The translations under genes and the position numbers were made by a program. From assembly GCF_001194135.2 (NCBI RefSeq), contig NC_068982.1:41308717-41372716 (forward strand): a DNA stretch of 64,000 nucleotides, written 5' to 3'. Positions 12,973 to 26,003 of this stretch are shown here, in pieces. The stretch is from Octopus bimaculoides. Taxonomy: Eukaryota. Numbering within the stretch: the first letter of the stretch is position 1; the number at the start of each line of letters is the position of its first letter. Under the pieces are notes generated by a model. That model was not told where the DNA came from. It saw only the letters and a list, made by a program, of their open reading frames with translations, and did no database searches.

Positions 12973-13125
12973 TTGCAACTATTAAATAACTTCATTTTAG
13001 AGCTGAGTCAGAGGAAGAAGTGAAGTACTTATAAGTCTTACAGAAAGGAAAAAGCTGGAAAAAAAAAAAAAATAGAAATCATGACTGGCAACAAGAAGGA
13101 GTCATTTTCGAACCAGGGGGTTGAG

Positions 13126-13563
13126 TTAACCCTTTAGTATCTAGATTATTCTGTCAAATGTAATGCTTATTTAGTCACATTGTTTTGAATTAATCATGCA
13201 TTATTTCATAGCTTTGTGATATAATGTTACTGTATGATGTTGTTACTTATTTTAAACAAGGACATTGTCAGGTAGGTGTGAGAGGTTGAATATGGTGAGT
13301 TTGAACATAAAATAGATATAATAATTGGGCTGGATGTAGCTGATTTAACCTTCTAGTGTTCAGATTATTTTGTCAAATGTATTGTTTATTTATTCACATT
13401 CCTTTGAATTAATCACACATTATTTTGTAGCTTCAAGATTTCAATGGTGTGCTTCTCTATATTGAGAACGACATTGTAGGGTTGGTGTGAGAGGTTGGAT
13501 CTGGTCAGTTTTAACATAAAACAGGTAGAATATTTGAGCTGGCTATGGGTGGATTAAATGCTA
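13126..13563. mobile_element. Head-to-tail dimer of the piggyBac-type MITE
   Basis: First copy starts TTAAccctttagtat at 13126 and lacks its right end. The second starts TTAAccttctagtgttcagattatt at about 13345. Confidence 0.65.
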
Positions 13564-15794
13564 ACAACAGAATATGCTTCTTTCAATGGCTAGGTGATAG
13601 TTTTAAACTAGGTGATAGATTAAGGGTACCATTGAAGAACAAGTGCTACTCATCTCTTAAATCTTGCATTGACCCAAGATTATGGAAGATACTAAAAGGG
13701 GCTACACAGTGGGATCGAACACCTGCAACCACTTGATTATGAAGCCAAGCAGAATATGATGACCAAGATATCAAAAGTGTTTATGAGACCTCTATCAAGC
13801 AGGTTACAACGTTTGGGCTTGAAGGTGCAAAAAAAATAAATAACTGTTATAGGTGCATGATGGCAGTGTGGTTAAGAAGCTTTGGGTTCAGTCCCACTGT
13901 GTGGCAACTTGGGCACATTTCTTCAACTATAACCCTGAGCTGACTCATGCCTTGTGAGTGAATCTGGTAAAAGGAAACTGTATGGAAGCCTGTCATGTGT
14001 GTGTGTGTGTGTGTGTATGTCTTTGTTTCTATGTTTGTCCCAGCCCCATTCCTTGTTTGACAACTGGTGTTGAATTGTTTACATCCCTATAATTTAGCAA
14101 TTCAGCAAAAAAAGCCAATAGAATAAGCACCAAGCTTAAAGAAAACAAAATGTACTGGGCTTGGTTTGTTCAACTAAACTCTCTTCATAGTAGTGCCCCA
14201 GCATGGCTGCAGTTACCTGAAGAAAACATTTTTCTTCATGATGTAATATATGCATGGGTATATGTGGGAATGTCTGTATATAGTATATACATGGATATCC
14301 TGATCTCAACCCTAACTTGGTGTCCTTATTATGAAAATTCTATCAATCACTCTATCAATCAATCAGTCAATCATTCTATCAATCAATCAATCATTCTATC
14401 AATGTGTGAGAGTGTATGTGTGTGTGTGAGAGAGTGTGTGAGAGTGTGTGTGTGAGAGTGAGTGTGAGTGCATGTGTGTGCGTGCGTTTGTGAGTGCATG
14501 TGTGTGCATCTGCATTTGTTCCCCATCACAGCTTGACAACCAATGTTGGTGTATTTATATCCCTATAACTTAGTAGTTTGGCAAAAGAGATCGAAAGAAT
14601 AAGTACCAGGTTTAAGAAAGAAAGTACTGGGGTTGATTCATTAGATTAAAATTCTTCAAGGCAGTGCCCCAGCATGGCCACAGTCTAATGACTGAAACAA
14701 ATAAAAGATGAATGATAAAAGATATTTTAAATGTTTCAGCAGACTTTTCACTATGAATCTTACAAAGAAGTCTCTTTACAGAAGCCAACAGGATTTGAAA
14801 TATGAGCCCCTTACAATTACAAGCTGAATACTTTAAACACATAGTCTATTACCTTTAGAAATGTTATAAATAAACTGAAAGCTTGCTATACTAGTACACT
14901 TGTGTAGGTGTGAAACTTTGTAACTAAACTTATTCAACATTTACAATAATCTCTAGTGTAGATATACAATACAAAATGAATGCAGCAATTTTATCATTTT
15001 ATTCTTAATTTTTAAAAATACATAAATACCTGATGCTGAATATACAAACCTTAGGTGCATGTATATAATCACAAATTTGTCAGAGTGGATGATTTATAAA
15101 TGTATGACCAAATGACATCTAAGTGCCAATACTTCTGTTGCAAAGTAGCACTTGTCAGACAAGTAATGTGCAATGCCCACAGAATGTCTACATTCACAGA
15201 AACAAATTCAATAACACCTATACATGTATTATTAACACATAATAAATAGTCTTCTAATGTTACAGGTAACAAGTATTCAAGCACATGTATAGAACTATGA
15301 AATAATTTGTGTGTGTGTATTATTTATATATAATATATTATATAATATTATTATATATAGGAGTGGTTGTGTGGTAAGAAGTTTGTTTCTTAACTACATG
15401 ATTCCCAGTTCATTTTCACTGCCTGTCGCCTTGGACAAATACCTTCTGCTATAGCTTCGAACCGATCAAAGCCTTGTGAGAGGATTTACTAGATGAAAAC
15501 TAAAGGAAACCCATTGCATGAATATATGTGTATGCGTGTCTGTTCACCCCACCACACATACACCGCTTGACAACCAATGTTGGTGTGATTACATCCTTGT
15601 AATTTAGCAGTTTGGCAAGAGTCCGATAGAATATGCACCAGACTTTAAAAAAAAAATTTTTTTTTAATTCTGAGGTCAATTCATTCAACTAGAGTTTTCA
15701 AGATGGTGACCCAGCATGGTCACAGTCTAAATGACTAAGACATGTAAAAGATAAAATTTCTAGATATATATATAAATAAATATATACATACATA

Positions 15795-15827
<33 letters not shown>

Positions 15828-16164
15828 CTTATATAATACCATTATATATTTACACACACACAATAATTAACCACTGCAAAACAAACTAACCAGCAAGATT
15901 AGTTTACTTGCTTTCAACAGACAAGTGTTACTATTTCTATGTTTATTTATAACAGATATTGGACTAACTAATACTTTTCTTGGCAATCATCTTTGGTTTA
16001 TTTATTAAAACATATAGTGATCAACAACATTTCGTAATTTAATACCCACCACCACTGCCATCTACTTTTAATTGTGACTAGACAATTTTACTAGGTAGAA
16101 CAGTCACTATGGCACCTGTTCTTGAAAACAGAATACCATCCTTAATTCCAGTTGTGTTTCCCAA

Positions 16165-16600
16165 ATCATCATCATCATCATTGTATTTAACGTCTGCTTT
16201 CCATGCTAGCATGGGTTGGACGATTTGACTGAGGACTGGTGAACCAGATGGCTACACCAGGCTCCAATCTGATCTGGAAAAGTTTCTACAGCTGGATGCC
16301 CTTCCTAATACCAACCACTCCGAGAGTGTAGTGGGTGCTTTTACGTGCCACCGGCACGAGGGCCAGTCAGGCAGTACTGGCATCGGCCATACTCAAATGG
16401 TGCTTTTTTACATGCCACCTGCACAGGAGCCAGTCTGGCAGCACTGGCAACAACCAGGCTCAAATGGTGGTTTTTACATGCCACTGGTACAGGAGCCAGT
16501 CAGCGACCCTGACAACGATCACACTTGAATGGTGTTTTTAACTTTCCACTGGCACTGGTGCCAATCAGGTGGTACAGTCATCAGCCATGACAACGATTTT
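16165..16600 (-). mobile_element. RTE 3'UTR fragment with tandem units of about 65 bp (second copy)
   Basis: Same tail and same repeated unit as 4562-5035. Confidence 0.7.
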
Positions 16601-17287
16601 ACTTGCCTCAACAAGTCCTCACAAGCGTAGTTTATTAAGGAGTATTTTAAATACTCACTTATAAAAATATACATCTATATACCAAGTATCAATAAAAGTT
16701 ACCATAAATCAATAAATTTTATTACAGATCAATATTTATGTACCTATTTGTGTCAAGAAATAGAGTGTTTCAAGTTTATCAATCAAATGTGCAGCAAATA
16801 TTTCTTATTTTCATACATTTGCTACATAGATATTTCCATTATGGCTGTGTGATAAGAAGTCTGCTTCCCAACCACATAGTTCTGGGTTCAATTCTATGGC
16901 ATGGCACCTTGAGCAAGTGTCTTCTACTGTAGCTCCAGGCTGACCAAAGCCCTGTGAGTGCATTTGGTAGAAAACAAAAAAACTGAAAGAAGCTGGTTGT
17001 GTATGTGTGTGCGTGCGAGTGGGTAAATGAGAGTAAGTGCTCAACACCTCATTATTAGCCCAAATACACAAAAATAAATATACACAGAAAACAGGTTATA
17101 TGAAATTAAACATATAAAATTAGATGAATGACAAAGGAAAAGGAAATTATGCAATGTACTTCATTAGCTTAAAGCTGTTTCTGCTATAAGACATTGTGCA
17201 CTCAGAGCTATATGCTTCAGCATCCCCTTATAGTTTTCTTGAAGTTTCTAAAATGCTTGCAAGTTTATTTGTGAAAGCATATAATAG

Positions 17288-17333
<46 letters not shown>

Positions 17334-18146
17334 AATAATATATATATAATAGATAATATATATATATAAAATATTTTTCNNNNNNNNNNNNNNNNNNNNN
17401 NNNNNNNNNNNNNNNNNNNNNNNNNNNNNNNNNNNNNNNNNNNNNNNNNNNNNNNNNNNNNNNNNNNNNNNNNNNNNNNNNNNNNNNNNNNNNNNNNNNN
17501 NNNNNNNNNNNNNNNNNNNNNNNNNNNNNNNNNNNNNNNNNNNNNNNNNNNNNNNNNNNNNNNNNNNNNNNNNNNNNNNNNNNNNNNNNNNNNNNNNNNN
17601 NNNNNNNNNNNNNNNNNNNNNNNNNNNNNNNNNNNNNNNNNNNNNNNNNNNNNNNNNNNNNNNNNNNNNNNNNNNNNNNNNNNNNNNNNNNNNNNNNNNN
17701 NNNNNNNNNNNNNNNNNNNNNNNNNNNNNNNNNNNNNNNNNNNNNNNNNNNNNNNNNNNNNNNNNNNNNNNNNNNNNNNNNNNNNNNNTGAGTGCAGATA
17801 TGAATAGCATATGGGAACCGGTATTAAGGAAGGATAGGAGAATATTAGATTTATAAGCCCTAAATTTCACTCCATAATTGCCCACGGGCATATGGCATAG
17901 TGGTTAAGAGTGTGGGCTACTAACCCCAAGATTCCGAGTTTGATTCCAGGCAGTGACCTGGATAACAACACAACAAAAAAAAAATACATTAGGAATGAGA
18001 ACCCAGTTCTAAATTTCCCCAAGACACCTGATGAAGGCTGGGGGGTATATCAGCTGAAACGTGTTAACAACAAACAAGATGAGGACAAATATCCGTCAAA
18101 TGTAAATAATGTACATAATTCCTCATCTCTTAAATGTAGAAAAGTA

Positions 18147-19198
18147 TTAGGTTGTTCTGAAAATAATGGCCGCTTTATGTGTTGTGTTTTGAAATGCAAT
18201 TTTATAGTATTTTAATTATATTTGAGGTGAATTTCAACATACTTAATAATTGATGTATGCTCTTTAATAATTTTCTACTTATTTCAGACAGAAAACATTC
18301 TTGAAGCATAGGCACCCTTAATTATAAATATGACAAAAAAGGACCTTCGCTTACTTTTCTTGCATGAGTTTAAGCTTGGGCACAATGCCTCCGAAACTGC
18401 TGCCAATATCAACAGAGCATGAGGAGAGGGGTCCACAAATGATCGCACAGTACAAAGGTGGTTTCGAAGATGAAGAAAGTAGAGAATGGTCATGCAGTCT
18501 TGACAATGAACAATTGAAAGCAATTGTTGAATAAAAGTGTCAGAGAGATATCTCAGGCACTTAGTGTTGATAATGCAAAGGTCTCATGCAATCTGCAGAA
18601 GATTAGTAAGATGAAAAATCTCGATAAATGGGTACCACATGAGCTCAATGAAAATCAAAAAGTTCGGTTTTTTGAAGTTTGCTCGATGCTCTTTTTGCGA
18701 AACACAAATGATCCTTTTCTTGGCCGAATAGTCACTTGTGACAAAAAGTGGATCCTTTATGATAACCGTAAACAATCAGGTCAATGGCTTGATTGTGATG
18801 AGTCCCCCAAACATTTCCCAAAGCCAAAGTTGTGTCAGCAAAAGATTATGGTGACTGTCTAGTGGTCTACAACTGGTGTTGTCCATTACATATTTCTGGA
18901 AGCCAATTAGAGCATTACAGCCGGAGTTTACTGCAATCGACTTGCTGAAATGCATGCTCACTTGCAAAAAATGGGGCCAGCATTGGTAATTCAGTGTGGC
19001 CCATTTCTGCTCTATGATAATGCAAAGCCACATGTTGCAAGAATGACGCTGCAGAAATTCACAGACTTGGGATACAAGACTTGACCACATCCTCCATATT
19101 CTCCTGATCTTTCACCCACTGACTACCATTTTTTAAAGCATTTAAACATGTTTTTAAGTGATAAAACTTTCAGGTCCAAACCAGAGGTGGAATCAGCT
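18147..19198 (+). mobile_element. Mariner (DD34D, Hsmar1/cecropia-like) transposon relic, 3' end lost
   Basis: TA then TTAGGTTGTTCTGAAAAT 5' TIR at 18147. ATG 18330 gives MTKKDLRLLFLHEFKLGHNASETAANINRA; motifs WVPHEL, IVTCDKKW, YDNAKPH and HPPYSPDLSPTDYHF follow. Multiple stops and frameshifts; interrupted by SINE sequence at about 19199. Confidence 0.93.
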
Positions 19199-20146
19199 GG
19201 TACTCATTTATTGATCTTTTATGCCAAACACTCAGTTACAGGGACATAAACAAACCAACACCAGTTATCATGCAATAGTGGTAGACAAACACAAAAACAC
19301 ACACATGTGCACACACACAGATACACCCCTCCACACAGATACACCTCCCCACACACACAGAGAATATGCTGCTTTCAGTTTCGTCAAACAAAACCATTCA
19401 CACAGCCTTGGGTAGCCTGGAGCTATAGAAGACACCTGCCCAAGATGCCATGTAGTGGGAGTGAACCCAGAACCATGTGATTAGCAAGTAAACTTCTTAT
19501 CACATGAATAACATACAATTTTTGAAAATTCAAAACATTCATTCACACATAACTTAAATTACAAAGAATACTACAAAATATAATAAAATCTAGTGTGATA
19601 GGAACACATTTTCCCATTGGTTGCAACATACATCATAGTAATCAAGACTGGCTATCTTTTTTTCTAAAGACGTATACATCTTATTCATAACTGTTCCACT
19701 TCAATGATATTTCCATTCTGGTTCCAGATAACTGCTTGGTAACTAACTAAAAACATCAGTTCGACCGAGTTACCGATATTGCTATTATAACTAAATATAC
19801 ACACTCAGCAATAATGTGTATGTGTGTGCGCGCGTGTACATGCATGTGTAAAAACAAATATATGTACCCAGATACTAAGATTAGTTTTTGAAAATCAGCC
19901 AATTCTTAAAACAAACTAATAATTTAGCTATTTTAAGCTGAAGATACTAAACTAGCTTATTTTTTCTGCTTTGTAGCATATTAATTTAAAAAGCAAAACT
20001 TTTTAAATGTAAATGGGTTAAATTTATGAATGGAATTCTTTAAACAGATCTTCTGTATATGAATGGGTCAACAAAAATTCTTCAGCTACCAAACAAATGT
20101 TCTAAATATACAAAAGAGACAAACCAATCCCAATGTATTCCCCTCC

Positions 20147-20374
20147 TTAACCCTTTAGTATTTAAACTGGTCATATCAGGCCCAAATATTCTATTTGTTT
20201 TATGTTCAAACTGACTGAATCTGGCCTCTTATATCTATCTTAAAATGTCATATTAAAACTAAACAACCACATTGTCAAAATCTTGAAATTACAAGATAAT
20301 GCAAGATCAATTCAAAACAATGTGATTGATTAAGAATTACATATGACAGAGTAATTTGAATGCTAAAGGATTAA
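20147..20374. mobile_element. piggyBac-type MITE, best-preserved copy (opposite orientation to 4071)
   Basis: TTAA-ccctttagtatt ... aatgctaaagga-TTAA, i.e. TTAA TSD with CCCTT-starting TIR. Confidence 0.7.
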
Positions 20375-21366
20375 ATAAAATAAATTTTTGACAAACTAAT
20401 GAAAAATATGTATTTGAAAATATCCAGCTGTATATTGGCATTTAGATTTATGACAGATATTTTTCCTTGGGTAGAATTCAGTGTATGATATATTCTTTTT
20501 ACTGTAATATTTAGATTAAAAAAAAAAAAAAATAAGCATTTGTCCTGTAAAATTATGTATTGGTCCTGTCATGTTTGGAAATTATCTTTTTAAGTATGTC
20601 AATTGTATGTATATTGAGTGGCTGAATCACTGCAATTGTACTTGAAAAGGTTCATGATCTACAAATGTAATATTTGTCTATATATATATATGTTATATCA
20701 AAACGTTTTTTTAACCTCCTCTAAATCCTAAAAATGCTTTCAATTGTTCTGCACAAGTGAATACAGTCAAAATATTTGTTTTCACAGTTGATTTCTTTAT
20801 TATGCTAACCACTAAAATAAGTAAGTTCTATTTTCAGCTGAACTGAAACAAACAGTTCTATTCACACACACATATATACATACACCATTCATTTATCATT
20901 ATTATTCTGTTTGTTCCTCTTTCTATCCCCACTTGCTAACATAGTGTTGAGTTCTCTCTATGATTGACATTGAGAGCATTTTAGAATCTGGTTTCTCTAC
21001 CTATCATTAGAACATACTCAATTTCTCTTTCCAAGTACTATAACCTCCAGAGAGATTCTTTTTACCACTTGCTGTAGCCAAATAAGCTCCATCCCCTAGC
21101 TCACAGGCATGCTGCCTGGGATCACCCTCATTTCTATGATATAAACTTGCAGTTTCAAAATGAGCTAAATTAAAACCTATCAAGATTTTATGTTAACTTT
21201 TGGGCTGTGCCATAAAAACCTTGCTTCCCATCCACATGGTTCCAGGTTCAGTCTCATTGTGTGGCACCTTGGGAAAGTGTCTTCTACTATAGCTACAGGC
21301 TGACCAAAGCCTTATGAGAGGATTTGGTAGACAGAAACTGAAAGAAGACCATCACATATATATATG

Positions 21367-21525
21367 GACATGTGGTGAGAATGGATGAGGATAGCTGCGT
21401 GAAAAAGTGCCACACCCTAACAGTTGAGGGAACCCGTGGAAGAGGTAGGCCCAGGAAGACCTGGGCTGAGGTGGTGAGGCAAGACCTTCGTACATTGGGC
21501 CTCACCGAGGTGATGACTACTGACC
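21367..21525 (+). mobile_element. RTE-clade LINE ORF C-terminal fragment running into an N gap
   Basis: GHVVRMDEDSCVKKCHTLTVEGTRGRGRPRKTWAEVVRQDLRTLGLTE is the canonical RTE C-terminal GHVxRM / RGRPRKTW motif. Confidence 0.88.
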
Positions 21526-22119
21526 NNNNNNNNNNNNNNNNNNNNNNNNNNNNNNNNNNNNNNNNNNNNNNNNNNNNNNNNNNNNNNNNNNNNNNNNNNN
21601 NNNNNNNNNNNNNNNNNNNNNNNNNNNNNNNNNNNNNNNNNNNNNNNNNNNNNNNNNNNNNNNNNNNNNNNNNNNNNNNNNNNNNNNNNNNNNNNNNNNN
21701 NNNNNNNNNNNNNNNNNNNNNNNNNNNNNNNNNNNNNNNNNNNNNNNNNNNNNNNNNNNNNNNNNNNNNNNNNNNNNNNNNNNNNNNNNNNNNNNNNNNN
21801 NNNNNNNNNNNNNNNNNNNNNNNNNNNNNNNNNNNNNNNNNNNNNNNNNNNNNNNNNNNNNNNNNNNNNNNNNNNNNNNNNNNNNNNNNNNNNNNNNNNN
21901 NNNNNNNNNNNNNNNNNNNNNNNNNNNNNNNNNNNNNNNNNNNNNNNNNNNNNNNNNNNNNNNNNNNNNNNNNNNNNNNNNNNNNNNNNNNNNNNNNNNN
22001 NNNNNNNNNNNNNNNNNNNNNNNNNNNNNNNNNNNNNNNNNNNNNNNNNNNTATATATATATCATTATTAATCAAAGGGCAGCAAAAGAAATTTTAGAAA
22101 TTTAATTTACCACCAGTGG

Positions 22120-22149
<30 letters not shown>

Positions 22150-22151
<2 letters not shown>

Positions 22152-23101
22152 TATATATTCTTTTATTTTCTACTGGTTTCAGCCGGTGGCTGAGGTTATG
22201 CTGGTGCACTACCTATAGTTACTTGGTGTTGTTTTTGGTGAAGTAGCGAGTTGGACAGAGCTGCTCTTCTTTGTGTCTCCTGCCGTGATGTGGGTTCATC
22301 TGGTATCTCAGATAGAAACCTGTCCAGATGTTCCTTGAAAACTTGCACATCAACACCATGTAGATCTCTAAAGTTGCCTGGCAGGATGTTGAACAATTGC
22401 GGGCCCTTGAAACCCAGACTATTGTAGTAATGTGTCATTTTAGATGAGGAAGACGGGATCTTTAGTATGATGCAGTGCTGTCCAGTTCAAGGATTGATAA
22501 AGCTGTCAATTCCAAAATTGCAAGCTAAACCCTCCAAGATCTTCCAAATATATATCACTGCATATCTTTGTCTTCTCTCCAGGGAATAGACTCAACTCCT
22601 TTAGCCTCTCCCAGTAGCCCATCTTTTGCATCAAGTCAATCTACTTTGCGTATTGGCGCTGGATTGCTTCGAGTTCCACAGTTTGTTTCACACTCTCTGG
22701 GAACCATAGTTGGGAGCAGTAGTCCAAGCAGCTGAGAATGAAAGTCCTCCATAGGAGTAGCAGGGTCTTCCTTTTCCTTATTCTGAATGTCCTCAGAATC
22801 TATCCAGCCACTCGCCTGCACAGTATTGCCATCTTGGTAATATGCACATAGAATGTTGCATCATTGCTCGTGTGAACCTCTAGGTCATGCACCGACTCTG
22901 ATTCTGGAATCGTATTACCTTCTGGTCCAGTGTATTCCGATTTTAGCCTGGTGTTGAACTGATAGTGGAGTGCCTGAAATTTCATAGAATTGAACTACAT
23001 GTTATTTTTGTTAGCCCATTTGTATATTTCATTCAGGTCTTTCTTCAGTTTTATGATGTCCTCTGGGTTCCTAACTGCCTGTGATACTTTTGTGTCGTCA
23101 G
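22150..23101 (-). mobile_element. CR1-group LINE, 5'-truncated, RT C-terminal half and 3' end
   Basis: Starts at (A)DDTKVSQAVRNPEDIIKLKKDLNEIYKWANKNNM*FNSMKFQALH, then LDYCSQLW, LEAIQR, YWERLKEL and NSLGFKGPQLFNILP...FKEHLDRFLSEIPDEP, all typical of invertebrate CR1/L2-group RTs. Confidence 0.88.
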
Positions 23102-23309
23102 GTTAACTGGTCAGATTGGCTGACTGTACCATGGAGGGCACATCATGGGGTATTTTGGAACATAACACCTGCGATAGTTGAGGGATTACTGTACTTTGAT
23201 AATGGAAACTGGACAGATACAACATGTTTGGCACTTTGGTCTTATGTTTCACATTCAGAACATGGCTACTCTGTCATTTGTTTAAATATGTTAACTTAAA
23301 ATTGAGGAC

Positions 23310-23532
23310 TTATCTCTTTAAACATTCAGATTTGCTATTTCAAAAATGATACTTAATACTTATCTATTCACATTGTTTTGAATTAATTATGCATTATCCT
23401 GGTTTTCAAGTGATTATTTAGTTTTTTTAGAATGACATTGTAAGGTAGGTATAAGAGATAAGATCTTGTTTGAACATAAAACAGGTGGAATATTTGAGAC
23501 AGATGTGAATAGTTTAAATGTCAAAGAGTTAA
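23310..23532. mobile_element. piggyBac-type MITE, decayed copy
   Basis: Shares ttcacattgttttgaattaa, agaatgacattgt and gtttgaacataaaacagg with the other copies; ends aaagagTTAA. Confidence 0.6.
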
Positions 23533-24471
23533 ATATAGTCCCCATTTTAAAAACTACAAGTTTTACTATCATACTTTCATTTATCTCTTGTATTTCATAT
23601 TTAAGAGTTTTGCTTAATGACAGCTGTTACCAAATCAATAGAAATATGACAGAGAATACATAACTAGGACAAAGTTCATGAATAGCTAAGTATCACTCCT
23701 TATATGATAAGTAAGGAGGCTTTTCTTTTTTCTTTTCACACTGTCAGAAAATCTCTGCAGCAGAAACCTGTTTAATTTAGTATAGGCCGTGTGCTAAGAA
23801 GCTTGCTTCCCAACCTCATGGCTCCCTCAGGCCTACCAAAGCCTTGTGAGTGGTTTTGGTAGACAGAAACTGAAAGAAGCCCATTGTGTGTGTGTGTGTG
23901 TGCGCGCGTGTCTTTCTCTGTGTGTGTGTGTGAGTCTTTGCGAGTGCGTGTGTGTCTTTGCGAGTGCGTGTGTGCGTCTTTGCGAGTGTGGTGTGTGTGT
24001 GTGTCTTTGCGTGTGTGTGTGTGTCTCCGTGTGTCCCCCCCACCACCACTTGACAACCAATGTTTGTGTGTTCATGTCCCCATAACTTACCAGTCGACAA
24101 AAGAGGCTGATAGAATAAGTACTAGGCTTAAAAAAGAAAAATAGTAAGTCCTGAGGTCAATTTGTTTGACTAGAACCCTGCAAGGCAGTGTCCCAGCATG
24201 ACCACAGTCAAATGACTGAAACAAGTAAAAGATAAAAATTAAATAAATTGTAAGAAATGTCTTAACTTAATTAGTTGGATCATTAAGACACTACTGAAAA
24301 CTTTTTGTGAGGATATACTCTTTACACAAGATATGAGAAAATTAAACATATGACATCATGATAACACAAAACGGTCATCAATTATACAATGGATCTATTG
24401 GTTACAAAGAAGAATTATACTTCTTCGGAACTGAGGAACATAGTTCAGTATCAGTAACAAGATATGAACAA

Positions 24472-24886
24472 TACTCTCTTTACTCTCTTTTACTTGTTTC
24501 AGTCATTTGACTGTGGCCATGCTGGAGCATCACCTTTAGTCGAGCAAATCGACCCCAGGACTTATTCTTTGTAAGCCTAGCACTTATTCTACCAAACTCT
24601 TTTGCCGAACCGCTAAGTTACGGGGACGCAAACACACCAGCATCGGTTGTCAAGCAATGCTAGGGGGACAAACACAGACACACAAACACACACACACACA
24701 CATATATATATATACATATATACGACGGGCTTCTTTCAGTTTCCACCTACCAAATCCACTCACAAGGCTTTGGTCGGCCCGGGGCTATAGTAGAAGACAC
24801 ATGCCCAAGATGCCACGCAGTAGGACTGAACCTGGAACCATGTGGTTGGTAAGCAAGCTACTTACCACACAGCCACTCCTGTGCCT
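24472..24886 (-). mobile_element. SINE family A1, full-length young copy
   Basis: Close reverse-complement match to 30022-30424. Confidence 0.9.
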
Positions 24887-25950
24887 ATGTTCATTCTATC
24901 CAACCATGGCTACCTAGCATAATCGTTAGCACACTAAACAAAATACTAATCAGCATTTCTTCTGGCTTTACAGTCTGAGTTCAAATTCCACCACAGTCAG
25001 TCAACTTAGCCTATCATCCTCTTACGGTTGATAAAATAAGTACTAACTGAACATTGGGGGGCGATGTAATCAACTAGTCCCTTCCTACTTATTTTCAGAC
25101 CTTGTACCTGTAGCAGTGAGAAAAAATATATTCATTCAACCCACATGGCTAGCTGTGACAATCACCATATTTGATAATGTAACTCCTTATATACAGACCA
25201 TAACATAAAAACAAATGCTCCTACTGCTAAATTGAAATCATTTATTTCGTCTTTTAGATTTTCTTTTATTCTTTTGTATATTTTAGTCATTAGATTGTGG
25301 CCAAGCTGGAGTACAGCCTTAAAGGGTTTTAGTTGTAGAAATTGCCCCCAGGACTTATTCTTTGCAAAACCTAGTACCTATTCTATTGTTTTGTTTTTTT
25401 TGCCGAACCACTAAGTTATGAGGGCATAACTATACCAACATTGGTTGTCAAGTGATGGTAGGGAGACAAACACAGACACAAACACCTCAATACACACACA
25501 CATACACATATAGATGACAGGCTTATTTCAGTTTCTGTCTACCAAATCCACTTACAAGGCTTTTGGTTGTCCCAAGGCTATAGTAGATTTTAACCCAAGG
25601 TGCCATGCAGTGGGACTGAACTCAGTACCATGTGAGTGGGAAGCAAGCTTCTTACTACACAGCCACGCCTGTGCCTATTTATATAATTTTCCTGTAAGAG
25701 TTGTTCAGTTATGAGAAAACTTACATGAAAGGGATTCTGAATGTACCATATTTTCCACTATACAAGTTGAATTTTTCAGACCACAATTAGTGGAAAAAAA
25801 AAAAGGAGGGGAGGGGTAGGTTGACTTATATCCCAAGACAACTTTAAAGAACCAAAAGTTCCATGAGAAATGCAGAATGATTTGGAAAGATAGGGACAAT
25901 GTTTGAATGTTTATATTATATACTATGCTGATCCGTATGCTAAAAAATAT

Positions 25951-26003
<53 letters not shown>

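Noticed and set aside
23772-24144. HT/CV-rich ORFs in several frames
   Set aside because: These are translations of the SINE-internal (TG)n tract and minisatellite.
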